Assembly (NCBI GenBank): GCA_003614675.1
Contig: ML002406.1
Location: 1-33,385, forward strand
Reading direction: 5' to 3'
From: Dimargaris cristalligena
Taxonomy: Eukaryota
Length of the DNA: 33,385 nucleotides
The first letter of the stretch is position 1. Each line of letters begins with the position of its first letter. The position numbers and the translations under genes are program-made. Shown one piece after another: positions 22,663-33,385 of this stretch. Below the pieces are notes generated by a model. That model saw only the letters and a list, made by a program, of their open reading frames with translations. It did no database searches and was not told where the DNA came from.

Positions 22663-24166
22663 CCTAACAACCAACCAGGGCAATCGGAATCTAAACGAAA
22701 CACAGCCCTCTTTCCCCCTCTTCCATCTCCTATTTGTTTCGGAGACAGCCGCTCCCACAACAAATTGGCCCTAGTCGCCTCATTTAGACAGGCCTAATTA
22801 TTATTAGTAAAAGTAGAAGTAATAGTGGCAGGGTAGGGTATGTGACACAACTGCCAGTGATCTAGCAATAACCACTAGCCCGTCACATGGCCGTGTAGTG
22901 TAACCCCTTCCATTAGTGGTGTCCGGATTGGTCCCCGGGTAGTAAAAGGCGTGTACCTGCGTGGATACAGCCAATAGTGGTTGGCTCCATCCCGTGATCC
23001 CTTTGGCTTGGTGCTTATCTCCACTATGCGAAAAGTGATCAGTCAGTCACCTTGGGCAATAAGAAGGAAAAGGGGCTAGAAGAATAGGCATGGGCTTATT
23101 GGTGGGTCCATTTCCCACCCCTTCCTTAGCCGCGGGAATCCTCTTAGGGCGCACACCTCTCCTAAAAGAGTTCTCTTTGGTATAACCCCCCCCACCAACC
23201 GGCCGAAATTTGGTATGATATGCGCCCCCTCCCATCTACCTGGGAGAGAATGCTATTTGTAGTTAATTTATCAACACACTATATATCAGTTACCGTAGCG
23301 GGTATATGGTATGGTCCTTCTGCTGATTAGTAGTAATAGCCATTCTCCCGAAATCTCTCCCAGGAACATAGCTACGCAAGAGATGCTAACCAGTAAGGTT
23401 TTTGCTGGGATGGTGGTGGATGTTAATTTTTCGCTAGCAATTCTGGGGTCTAGCCAACTTCAGCAAGCCCCCGAAATTAATGATCGGGCATGGCTTGGTG
23501 GCGGAGATTTCCCTCTATGCAAAACAAACCGACCAAGGTTTTGGGAGTAGCCCCACCGGAGTGCATTCGGCACGTGTTAGTCCATCGGATGACAATTTGG
23601 GGGATGGTCCGACTAATGGGTGCCGTAACTTTGGGACTCTAGGGGGAATGGTGGTCTACAAGCCATCCGGGCCATTGCGAGATAGTGGCGGACCTCCTAA
23701 TTAGCGATGGTCTGGCATTATTACTACTACTACTACCACCACCTTCATATTTACTTTCTAGTTCGGGCTGGTCAGGGTATATACTCCTCTAGTGGGTAAA
23801 TTCTATCACCATCGAACTTGGCGGGTGCCCAAGCTAGTAGTAATGTAGTCCTCTAAAGCCCATCGATAAAGTTATTTTAAAATGAAACACTATACCAGGA
23901 CCCATTTGACGGTCAAATCAGGGCAATAGTTGGTAGTCGAATTAGGAAATGAAACGTCTGGATGTGACGGAGAAAGCGGGTGTACGAAAATGGCGTCAGG
24001 GTTGCGAAGTACGCTGAAATTGAAACCGAGTTGCAGGGTCTGCGTCACGACTGCATGGCGGCCCATCCAAGTAGTGCGGTATAGTTTATTCGGTGGAGTT
24101 CTTGATCTATTATTATCTTTTAGCCTCCTCCTCCACCACCCACAAACTTCAGAAGATTAAGGGAGG

Positions 24167-24175
24167 GTGAGTCAT
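24167..24175. promoter_or_regulatory. Gcn4/CpcA site upstream of ILV6
   Basis: GTGAGTCAT ~470 bp upstream of the ATG; variant TGCGTCA at 24041-24047. Confidence 0.65.
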
Positions 24176-24641
24176 CAACGCCTCCGGAATGGCCGACTGC
24201 CGAGCGAGACACGCGAGTGGAGGATGAGGAGATATCCCATTTTACTTCCCAGCTCCACCCCAGTTTATCGAGTCATCATCATCTTTGTAGTAGTAGAAGA
24301 AGAGATTATGCAGAAGGCAGGAGATCCCACCAGCCTGTGCTTAAGTGGGCCCACGCCCTTTACGCCGACTCCTGAAACTATCAAAGAGTAGTAGCCGTAT
24401 AGTGTCGTGCCGTGATAGGTTCGTACAATCAGCGAGTTAGTTAGTAAGCCGTATCTTCTTCGTTGCATTTCTTAGTAGTCTCCTGTAAAAAAACCTTCAA
24501 TCCGTTCTCGAGCTGTTTTGTGTAGTTAGTACCCTCTCGGTCCTGTTTGTCTCTTATTTACCTATCGGTTTTCTTTAGACCTTCCTAAATCGAAGACAGC
24601 CATCTCCCAGTCTCCATTTACAGAATACCCCTTTCGCACTC

Positions 24642-25753
24642 ATGCTGACCACTCGTTCAGCATTGACCCGGGCCGGAGCCTTCTCCTCCGGGGTATCCCG
24701 CTGGCTAGGGATGGGGACAGTCGTCCCTTTATGCCGTCATCCATTGCACCTGGGTAGCCGGGCTCTATCGACCACTGCCACTACCCTCGACTCGAACCCA
24801 CCGCATCAGTACCGCCGGCGGTTTCCTTCGCCACCCCAGCCCACTGTCCAGGAGGCCGTGCAAAACATCGTTATCAACACCCCCGAGGGCTCCGGTGCTG
24901 GTGTGAACGAAGAGCGATCCTATATTCTCAATGTACTCGTCCAGAACGAACCCGGGGTGCTCAACCGCGTCACCGGGATTATGGCCGCTCGTGGGTATAA
25001 TATCGATACGCTGGTGGTGTCCAAGACGGAAGTGCCGGCTCTGTCCCGGATGACTATTACAATCCAGGCGAACCCCTTTCAAATGACCCAGGCTAAACGC
25101 CAGCTGGAAGATCTGGTAAGTATGCTAACTATCCACAGCCTCTTGATTCACGCCTATTGCTGATGCTAGATCATTCCAACTAGCCAGTGCCGTATGCTAG
25201 ATTATTTTTTTGCTTGGTGCCACGAAACTGATTCAATCATTTCCTAATCTGTTTACATCATTTTATCCGCCGACAGGTTCCTGTATGGGCCGTGGTGGAT
25301 TATAGCGAGTCCAAGATTGTCGAACGTGAAATGCTGCTGTGCAAACTCTCGATTGTCGGTCCGGAACTGACTCTGGCTGCGCGGAACTCGGCCTCGGCGA
25401 CCCCTTCTACCGGGGATGGTGATGGCAACAGCAATGGCCACTCACCCGCCTACTCCGAGCACCTCCTCAAATCCCACGACCACATTCGGGCCATCAAGGA
25501 GCTGACCTCTCTCTTTCAGGGCCGTGTCGTGGATGTGAGCGCCGAAAGCGTGATTGTGGATCTGTGTGCCAAATCATCCCGTATAGATGCGTTCCTCAAG
25601 CTAATCCAGCCCTTTGGTATTCTGGAGGCTGCGCGGAGTGGCATCATGGTTATGGGGCGGTCGGTGCAGCTCAGTATGTTCCAGGAAGAAGCGGAGGAGA
25701 AGGTGGTCAGCAGTGGACCGGAAGTGGATGTCTCAACCCTCCCGCCGGGCTAA
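24642..25753 (+). CDS. ILV6: Acetolactate synthase regulatory (small) subunit, mitochondrial; exons 24642-25115 and 25277-25753 (316 aa)
   Basis: ACT domain LNVLVQNEPGVLNRVTGIMAARGYNIDTLVV; splicing of the GTAAGT...CAG 161-nt intron restores the conserved QLEDL|VPVWAVVDY; GILEAARSG; C-terminal LPPG; N-terminal presequence. Confidence 0.96.
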
Positions 25754-26151
25754 ACAAGCTATTCGTGGTCCCGAAGTTTTAAGATCGGGCGGTGAAATAT
25801 GTGTGCATACTAGTCTAGTGTCAATCTATTTTTGGGGCTACGGAAAAGCAGAAAGTAAAGCACTGGCTTTGAAAATCTAATTATTCTGGATTGACAAAGA
25901 TACCTTTCCGATGGGTAAATAAACTATGTAATGGATGTTAATTAGATATGACGTCCGTCAATCGGTGAATGAGCTAAGGAACAGGGCTAAATTACCGAAG
26001 ATTGATTCATTACTGCTGTTTAGGTATAACAGTACCTTTCATTCCTCGGTTAGCCATGGCCATTATTATGTCAGGGCTAGCCAAAGAATATTAAACACTT
26101 TCGTTTGCCTTTTGGAGACCCGGTCAACCTAATGCTAGATTGGGGTCACTT

Positions 26152-26174
26152 AAACAAAACAAAACAAAACAAAA
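26152..26174 (+). repeat. (AAAAC)n microsatellite
   Basis: aaacaaaacaaaacaaaacaaaa. Confidence 0.8.
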
Positions 26175-27729
26175 TGAGTTGGGTCTAGCTAACCGGTAAA
26201 ATATCGCAGGAATATACTACTACTTGGGGGGTAGTAAATACATTCCATATGGGAAATGAGCAATAGATACTTGTCCCGAAATGGTTGATTTAGTTTCCTA
26301 ATTTATTCAACTGATAGAAGGAGAGACCCACAGCATCGGAAATTTAATCTACCCTCCTCCTTGTTTTGACTGCCCACTGTGGCGTTACAAAGACTAGCAG
26401 GTGGTGTGACAGGAATGGAGGTTGGACATTGGTCCAATGTCTGATACACAAGGGAAAATGGGCTTGACACACAATATACTCGGCCCACATGAAATAACAC
26501 ATCGCCCAATAGTGTACGTAGAGGATAAAATGGGTTTTTATCTTTCAACGATTCCTACGAAGAGAGGAGGAGGGCCCAGGGCCAGTTTTCCTTTCAAACC
26601 TACCTATATCTCGCATGACCGGCTGATTAGGCCCAAAAATATTTCAATGGGGAGGACTTACCACCAAGGACCCCGGCGCTACAAGATCGCCCGATATTAC
26701 CTTTGTTTCACTAATCCTTTCTTAGGTGTGGTGGTCGCCCAAAGTCCGAAATAAATGATGCGGGCAAAAAAAACAACAACAGGGTGTAGCGGGGCTATAT
26801 AGAAAATGGCTAGACTCTCCCTTTAATTTTATATACGCCAAATGGCTGAGTCGAAGAGCTCTCAACCTCTGGTTACGGGGACATGCTAACGAGGGTAAGG
26901 TGGTTTGCCGCGGCGCCAATCGAGACAGCCACCACATACGGCCATGCCTACTACTTCACAGCATATCCGTTCCGAACCCACTAACTGGCTGGCGGTTGGA
27001 GGGGGCTGGGCTGGGCCGAAAGGGGAATGCGTAGAGTGGTAGGTATTGTATGGTTTGGTCAATCCATATTGTCCAGCGGCAAAATATCGCCCCATTATCC
27101 CTTTACCCCTTCTCTCTAACTAACCCAGCGTCAACAAGCGGGATAGGGAACGCGCCAAGTCTGACAATCCCGCACTGGCAAATTATATATACTAGGGCAC
27201 TCACACTCCCAACCCAGGGGACAAGGGCTGTAAATTAAGGTGGTGGAATGGGTTTGATATACTGGAATCAATATATAATACTAGAATATAATAATATACA
27301 TATAACCAGCTCAGCCCAGCTGCACATTCTCTCTCCTTCTCTCCCCATATTAATACATCCCACCTCCTTACTACGAACCGGCCACACACAACTCAACTCA
27401 ACTCAACTCAGCCTGCGTTTTGCTTTCTCCTCTGACCTCCTCTCTCTCTTCCAGTCTGTTGTGGCCAACCCGGCTTATTTTATCGCCTAATAGAGAACCC
27501 TCTGCAGTATCCAACACCACAGCCAGTACTCTTTTCCTCGTCCCCTTCCCCTTCTTCCTCGCTCTTAACATCGCTCCATCCAGCCTTACATTATCCGTCT
27601 TACCTGCAGCGGTACTCTATTCCTACTACTCCCTCTGTATTATCGTTACTGGTATTACCTAATTGTATTGGTTTTGCACCTCCTCGCTTCAACCCCGCCA
27701 CACCGACAAACTATCATTTCTAGTCCGCC

Positions 27730-29223
27730 ATGTCGAACCCACCTGCCACCGACAGCACCGATGTCATTGAGGTGCCGACCCAGGCTGACCTCGCCCAGCT
27801 CAAAATATCCGGCAACGGCGTCGAATCTCCCACCGACAAGCAGCACCACGTCCTGACCGCCGAAATTGAAGGCATCGAGCCCGCCCCCGTCAACGGTCAG
27901 GAGATGGAAAAGTCCCGTTTCACCGCATTGTGGGGCATCCTCCACAAGTTGGTGGGAGTCAAGGACTTTGTCAATATGCGCATTTCCCTACCGGCCGAAC
28001 TATTGGACCCCGTGCCCAATCTAGAGCACTGGAACTACATGGAGCGCCCCGACTACTTTGCCCGGATTAGTGACCCCGAGGACCCCGTCGACCGCATGCT
28101 GGCCGTGGCCGCCTGGTGGTTTACCAAGGATATCAAGTATATTCACCATAAGCTAAAGAAGCCCTACAACTCCATCCTGGGCGAACAGTTCCTGTGCCAC
28201 TGGCTGGTGGAGGACCCCGCCAAGACCGCTGCTACGGCAGACACTAACCCCGGACGGTCTAGTTCGGATGGATCGGCGTCATCGACGACCGCCGCTGCCA
28301 CCACCACTACGACGACGACCACCTCCGCCAATCCGGGCCGTGACAGTGACGATGGTACGGCCGTCATCGAAGGCGAAATCCCACCCGGCAAACTCCGCGT
28401 CGAATACATTACTGAACAAATATCGCACCACCCACCGGTCTCCGCCTACCACTACCGCTGTTTGGAACGCGGTATCCATGCTTCCGGACTGGACCACATC
28501 TGCGCTCGATTCACCGGTACTTCGGTCCGCGTCGAGCCCGGCGAGCGCGCCCGGGGTCTGTACCTCCAGCTTGATCAGCGGGATAACGAGGCGTACACCG
28601 TGACCCATCCCGCAGGGAATGTCACGGGTTTCCTCCGCGGACAATTGACCGTGCAAATCGCTGACCAGAGTGTAGTGACCTGCCCCCAGACCGGTCTGGC
28701 CCTCATTATCATTTACAAGGAAGAGCGCTGGTTTGGGAAAAACAAGTACGCCGTCGAAGGCAAAGTATTCCGATACGACCCTAAAGTGGCGAAGGATAGT
28801 AAACACCATCCCGAGAAAATGAAGTTTACGGACATTCCCAAAAACCAAGTGGTGGCCACTCTGGAAGGCAGCTGGCGGGGTCAGATTCACGTCACCCGGA
28901 CCTCCACTGAATCGGGAGCGGCCGCCTCGTCACAATTGTTGGTGGACCTGGAACAGCTGGCTATAATGCCCAAGCGGGTCAAACCCCTGGAACAACAGCA
29001 CGAACTCGAATCCCGGCGGGTTTGGGCCGATGTGACCGACCATTTGGTCGCGGGCCGGTACTCGGCCGCCACCAAGGCTAAACATATCATCGAGGACCGT
29101 CAGCGCCACAAAGCCGCCGAAGATAAGAAGCTCAATCGCGAATTCCAATCCGAATTTTTCACCTTTGAGTCGTGTAACCCCTATAATCCTATCTTGAAGG
29201 AGGATCGGCCATTTAATATTTAA
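27730..29223 (+). CDS. Oxysterol-binding protein (short, ORD-only Osh/ORP type)
   Basis: 497 aa; KKPYNSILGEQF, signature EQISHHPPVSAY, LEGSWRGQI, ESRRVW, KHIIEDRQR; contains a low-complexity Thr/Ser/Ala insertion. Confidence 0.95.
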   Translation: MSNPPATDSTDVIEVPTQADLAQLKISGNGVESPTDKQHHVLTAEIEGIEPAPVNGQEMEKSRFTALWGILHKLVGVKDFVNMRISLPAELLDPVPNLEHWNYMERPDYFARISDPEDPVDRMLAVAAWWFTKDIKYIHHKLKKPYNSILGEQFLCHWLVEDPAKTAATADTNPGRSSSDGSASSTTAAATTTTTTTTSANPGRDSDDGTAVIEGEIPPGKLRVEYITEQISHHPPVSAYHYRCLERGIHASGLDHICARFTGTSVRVEPGERARGLYLQLDQRDNEAYTVTHPAGNVTGFLRGQLTVQIADQSVVTCPQTGLALIIIYKEERWFGKNKYAVEGKVFRYDPKVAKDSKHHPEKMKFTDIPKNQVVATLEGSWRGQIHVTRTSTESGAAASSQLLVDLEQLAIMPKRVKPLEQQHELESRRVWADVTDHLVAGRYSAATKAKHIIEDRQRHKAAEDKKLNREFQSEFFTFESCNPYNPILKEDRPFNI

Positions 29224-29330
29224 TCAGTATGAACCGCTGGAAACCATGACTTCATTGGTGGAGTTCTGAAGGGGGCGGGAGAGTAAGGGGGGTTTTGGTG
29301 GGCTATATCCCTTTAGTCATCTTTCCATTT

Positions 29331-29371
29331 ACACACATACACACACACACACACTCTCTCTCTCTCTCTCT
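29331..29371 (+). repeat. Compound (AC)n(TC)n microsatellite in the OSBP 3' region
   Basis: acacacatacacacacacacacactctctctctctctctct. Confidence 0.85.
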
Positions 29372-30578
29372 GTTTTTCACTTTCTTTCTCTCAAACCTTT
29401 TGCTTTTCAATATCTTTGGAATAAGGTACTCCTTGACATCGGTACTCCTCTTTCGCCCTTAATCGCTTTTCAGTCATTAGAGTCAGTCACGGTGATAGTA
29501 CTTGGATTGTGAGCCTATCCCAAAGTCCACCGCACCCATTTACTCATTATTATTATTTTTCCTTCCTATTATGGAATATGTCTTTCTACTATTATTTTCC
29601 GACTGCCACTTAAAGATTCTATTTCTGCAAGACCTTGATTTCTTCCAATCTGCAACCTATACGCCTTTTTTCTTTTCTTCTACAGATCTATTATATATAT
29701 ATATACATATTTATTTACAATCCACCCACCGCATCGCATCATTGGTAATTGGGGAAACAGTTTACTTTAGAATATGCATTTTTGGAAGGTGACTTATTTA
29801 TTGTTGGGTCTATGGGCCCTCTTCGTCATGCCCAATATCTCATTCGGCTTCCATTGACGTCATCCATCAACTGGGCCTATTTACCTGTTCTCTCTATTTC
29901 TGAACAAGGTCTTCAATTCGCCTGTTCATCAGCATTTTATATGACTGATGGCAGTTATATTAGAGTATCCAGTGTCGTGAATCAGACCATTCCTCGAAAC
30001 CGGAATCCAGACTTTTGTACTTTCTATATGTTTTCTTGGTAATGGGGGAACTAAGCACTGCCCTGACCTTCAGGGATTTGGAGTAAACTGCTTCCCCTTT
30101 CCCACATCCTTTCCGCATTCTAACGGCCTAACTGAACCTAGCCTGTTAAACCAATCTACTATCACTTTCAACCTCAGATATTTGCTTATATGTGTGTTAG
30201 TGTGGGTATATAGGAAATGCATCTGATAATAGCTGTTTCTGACCCTTCATTTATTTTTGAACATCATTGGCTAAAATTTATATTCTATATCTATAGGAAT
30301 TCTTAATAATGTTTGTAATAAATGCTTTTCATTCTTGACTGAAAATGCAGCTGATATTTAATTAGTTTACTATAAATATAAGCCAATACCTTCTAACCAA
30401 CACTATTACAATCAACACTATTAGAGTCTGTAAGAGCCAGCACAAGGGGTTTAATTAAGTCCAGTGTTTACTAATAAATATGTTAAAGTATGGTATAACA
30501 TTGTTACTATAATTAAACCAACTTAATCCTACTGGGGCCTTTCTGTAACTCACCTATATCAGGGTGTATTATACCTTA

Positions 30579-31161
30579 TATTACCCAGATTAACTACTCT
30601 TAGTCTATCAAGAGCCCCAAGGGTAGGCTTCTGATGGTAGGTGGGGCTTAGACCTGGCTAAGTGGGCTACTAGTATCAGGTATGGGGCACAGTACTAACT
30701 AATAAAGGCTATGGCATGTATATATAAGGGATATGTAGTGGGTACACTTACTAGTCAGTACAAAGGGGGTGTGAGTGTATATAGAGTTTATTGAGTAAAC
30801 AGGGGGGTAAGAATAAGCTCCAGAATCTAACTGGTCCCAATGGGGCCTGGTTATATATATATAGGGACAACTCTAGAGGGAGGCCCCAGGGGAAGAATAC
30901 TACTAAGACTAAGGTATAGGTAAATAGGTTAACCAGATAGTTGCTAGTATCTGGAAGACTCTAATAGTAACCAGAAGAGTCTTAGATTAGCACTTGAGTA
31001 ATTAGTGCAAAGAGGCAGAGTCCAGAAGGGGAAGGGTTATATAATATAGGATGATCCCATAGTACTAGGGGTGACCATAGGAAGTTTAATATGGTGCTAT
31101 AAGGCCTAATTTAGACAGGTGTCTAATCCAGCTGGATTAAGGTGGATTAGATAGTCTGATA
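30579..31161 (-). mobile_element. Solo-LTR-like repeat, copy 2 (583 bp), inverted relative to copy 1
   Basis: Reverse complement aligns end to end with 12340-12923, e.g. identical GTACTATGGGATCATCCTATATTATATAACCCTTCCC and GTACTGACTAGTAAGTGTAC. Termini decayed to TATCA...TAATA. Confidence 0.7.
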
Positions 31162-31265
31162 GCCATTACTTAATATCATTTGCAGATAATTTGTATTTCC
31201 TCTAATTTACCTGATACTTAATTACTATTATTTTTTAACTCCCTCCCTTAAGCCACTGTCCTAGA

Positions 31266-32571
31266 ATGCAAGTCCACAGGGTACCTGGTCTACTTTGGCT
31301 AGGCCTACCTACTGTGGTAAGTACTACTGAACTAACCCCTTTTGGGGTCAATCCAGAATATACTATATTATATGCCCCCAGCTCCAAGCTCAATGTTAAT
31401 AACCCAGCCACATGTGTATTCCCAGCACCCCATCCCATTGACTCCTCACTTAATGACTACTATAATGATTTAAACAGATAATCCTACAGTGAATTTTGAC
31501 CATTCAGCAATCAGATCAAATCATCTGTGGATAGCAGCAGTACCTTTGGGCACTGGGAACTAAATGGCCTCCACTATACCCATAACCTAAACAGCATACC
31601 CAGGTCTATTGCATCTCTTCCTCATTCTGGGGATAGCACTTATAATGCACTGGTCAATGGCTATTATCAGGGTAATTCTGACCTGTACCTAAATTAGATT
31701 GACAATCTGGTTGATATGACTTTGGATCCCACTACTGTGAGCTTCTGGGCATCCAAAGACATCCTACTGTACCAACAGGTGAATGATAGCTTGGAATTTG
31801 ATCCCAAAAACTGCCTTAGTAGTCTACTGGGCCTGACATTTCCCCTTCCTCATGGTAAATAATTGAAATTAGACTATGCAAAAAGGAATTACACTAGTGA
31901 TCCTTGTGAAAGTTCATACACAATACAAATAGCTCTGAAGATCCACACGGAATCACCCACTGGGGCTAAACCTTATTTGTGTAGTTCTTGCAACCAATCA
32001 TTCAAGAAACATAATTATCTTGTGCAGCATATTTGGCATACACATAATGAAAGGGTTTGCCACATTTATAATTGTAGTAACACCCCATTCAACAACTAAA
32101 ATGCCTTCTAAGGCCATTTAAAAGTACAACACAGACTGAAGACTCTGTCTGTTGGAACTGGGGGGACAATTTTACCAGACCCTAACCCTCTGATGTGTGA
32201 TTTAATAACCCAGGGTAGGCACAAACTTGTTGCTTGTAATATATGTGACTTTGCGGCCACAAAGCAGTCTTATGTCCATACACATGCCAGAAAATTGCAC
32301 CTCAACAAAGCAAAAAAAACCCTGCTGTGGGCTTTGTCCAAACTCATTTATGTTCCCCAGTGAAGTAGCCAAACATTGGAAAATGCACACCATGTAAGGC
32401 CTATTCAGTTGTGGCCATTGTGAAGGATTCTACACTACCCATAGTGACCTTAATACATTTATTAATAAGGCTCACCCTGAGCAGACACCATATTTTCGTG
32501 AAATTGATGGAAAGTTCATTGCACATTGCCCCAACTTCAAACAGCAAGTTTTATTATACCCCAATACGTAA
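31266..32571 (+). pseudogene. C2H2 zinc-finger gene relic (about five fingers)
   Basis: One frame from the ATG at 31266 with stops at 31479, 31497, 31695, 31860, 32097 and 32109, a frameshift in the A8 run 32312-32319, and a stop at 32395. Fingers: TGAKPYLCSSCNQSF..HIWHTH, CHIYNC..F*GHLKVQH, CNICDF..HARKLH, CGLC..F..HWKMH, CGHC..(F)INKAH. Confidence 0.8.
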
Positions 32572-32960
32572 CCCTATTTAAGTGATTTTTTTATGATTTA
32601 AACCTAATGTTTGTTTTACATGATATGGATGTGGGAAAGTATGCTGGATATTCATTTTAAACCTGTAATAGTTGCTCAATCTAACGGTTTTTTCGTTTTA
32701 CAGCATGGTTGAACCACTCCTAGATAAATAGATGGATTTGCACTTGAGATTGGCCATGGTCCACTTGACAGTACTATACACCACCAATTGCTTCCAAGAA
32801 TAATAATAAAATTGCGTTTTTGGCTAAATTGCATCTACATAATGCACCAACTTATCTAGGCTTATTCGTATGATGATTGAAAGTCGGAAACAATCCCATT
32901 ATACGCATGGACGATTATTTATCCAGTTGTATACGATTTAAAATAATTAATTAATGGGAA

Positions 32961-33385
32961 TGTTGGCGGTATACATATTATTGGCTAGAATAATAACATG
33001 GTGATTAGCTATTCTTTCGCAGAAGAAGTCCATACAGGCAGGCTCCCAATGGGCAGTGTTTGGAGTTGTCTCAACCAGCACCTACTCAATAGGAAATAGG
33101 TAATATGGAGATGACAAATAAATACGCATTGATGTCCATCTACTAAGGATAAGACTGGTATATATGATTTATTAGGATAAATGAGAAGGGGGTATACGCC
33201 AATGGATCAATAGGTCTGTAATCTGGGAGAGTAATATTTATATACAAGGACAATGCTAAGAGGGGAAGGGGGGTTGTTCGGAGCTCCTAATAGCAACATT
33301 GGCCAGAGGCTACTGGTAACTGGAAGTCACTGGTGGGAACAAGAATAGTAGTTGGATTAACGCTCAAGTATATGTTAAAATCCAA
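32961..33385 (-). mobile_element. Divergent third LTR-like copy, truncated by the window end
   Basis: Patchy colinear similarity to copy 2 (tatatgatttattaggataaa vs tatatagagtttattgagtaaa; tatatacaaggacaatgctaagaggg vs tatatatagggacaactctagaggg; ctggaag...ggattaacgctcaagta vs ctggaag...agattagcacttgagta). Minus-strand TATA and AATAAA are retained, and TGTTGG lies at the position expected for the terminus. Confidence 0.45.

Noticed and set aside
21987-24641. Leu3-type site (CCG-N4-CGG) in the ILV5/ILV6 intergenic region
   Set aside because: Only CCG/CGG pairs with other spacings were seen (e.g. CCG-N6-CGG near 22596); no consensus match found by eye.
20757-25753. ILV genes as self-resistance markers of a secondary-metabolite cluster, or a transferred bacterial ilvBNC operon
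   Set aside because: No PKS, NRPS, terpene or tailoring genes in the window. Both genes are typical fungal mitochondrial forms, divergently oriented, one with an intron.
28216-28345. Thr/Ser/Ala-rich insertion in the OSBP domain
   Set aside because: Low-complexity loop from trinucleotide repeats at a variable position; common and uninformative.
31266-32571. Stop-codon reassignment or RNA editing rescuing the zinc-finger gene
   Set aside because: All three stop types plus a frameshift are present, and intact genes in the window terminate with TAA, TAG and TGA.
1-33385. CRISPR array or prokaryotic operon/defence system
   Set aside because: No regularly spaced direct repeats seen; the sequence is eukaryotic with spliceosomal introns.

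Overview
Eukaryotic (fungal) genomic DNA with GT-AG spliceosomal introns; an early-diverging fungal lineage is my impression, not established. Intact genes: a 10-exon, ~1075-aa uncharacterised helical protein (1915-6759, minus), a Pro-rich protein with three NPF motifs, a HAS1-derived DEAD-box protein with most catalytic motifs lost, an intronless tRNA-Trp(CCA), a head-to-head ILV5/ILV6 pair whose shared intergenic region carries three perfect Gcn4/CpcA sites, and an oxysterol-binding protein. Accessory DNA: a convergent pair of decayed F-box-like/LRR-like paralogs, three members of a solo-LTR-like repeat family, and a C2H2 zinc-finger pseudogene. The LTR copies 1 and 2 and the zinc-finger pseudogene lie in CpG-free blocks with a C-to-T (CpG and CpA) mutation signature. 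Most notable: the HAS1 pseudo-helicase, the ILV5/ILV6 bidirectional unit, the RIP-like hypermutation, and the fact that all 10 introns I could model are phase 0.
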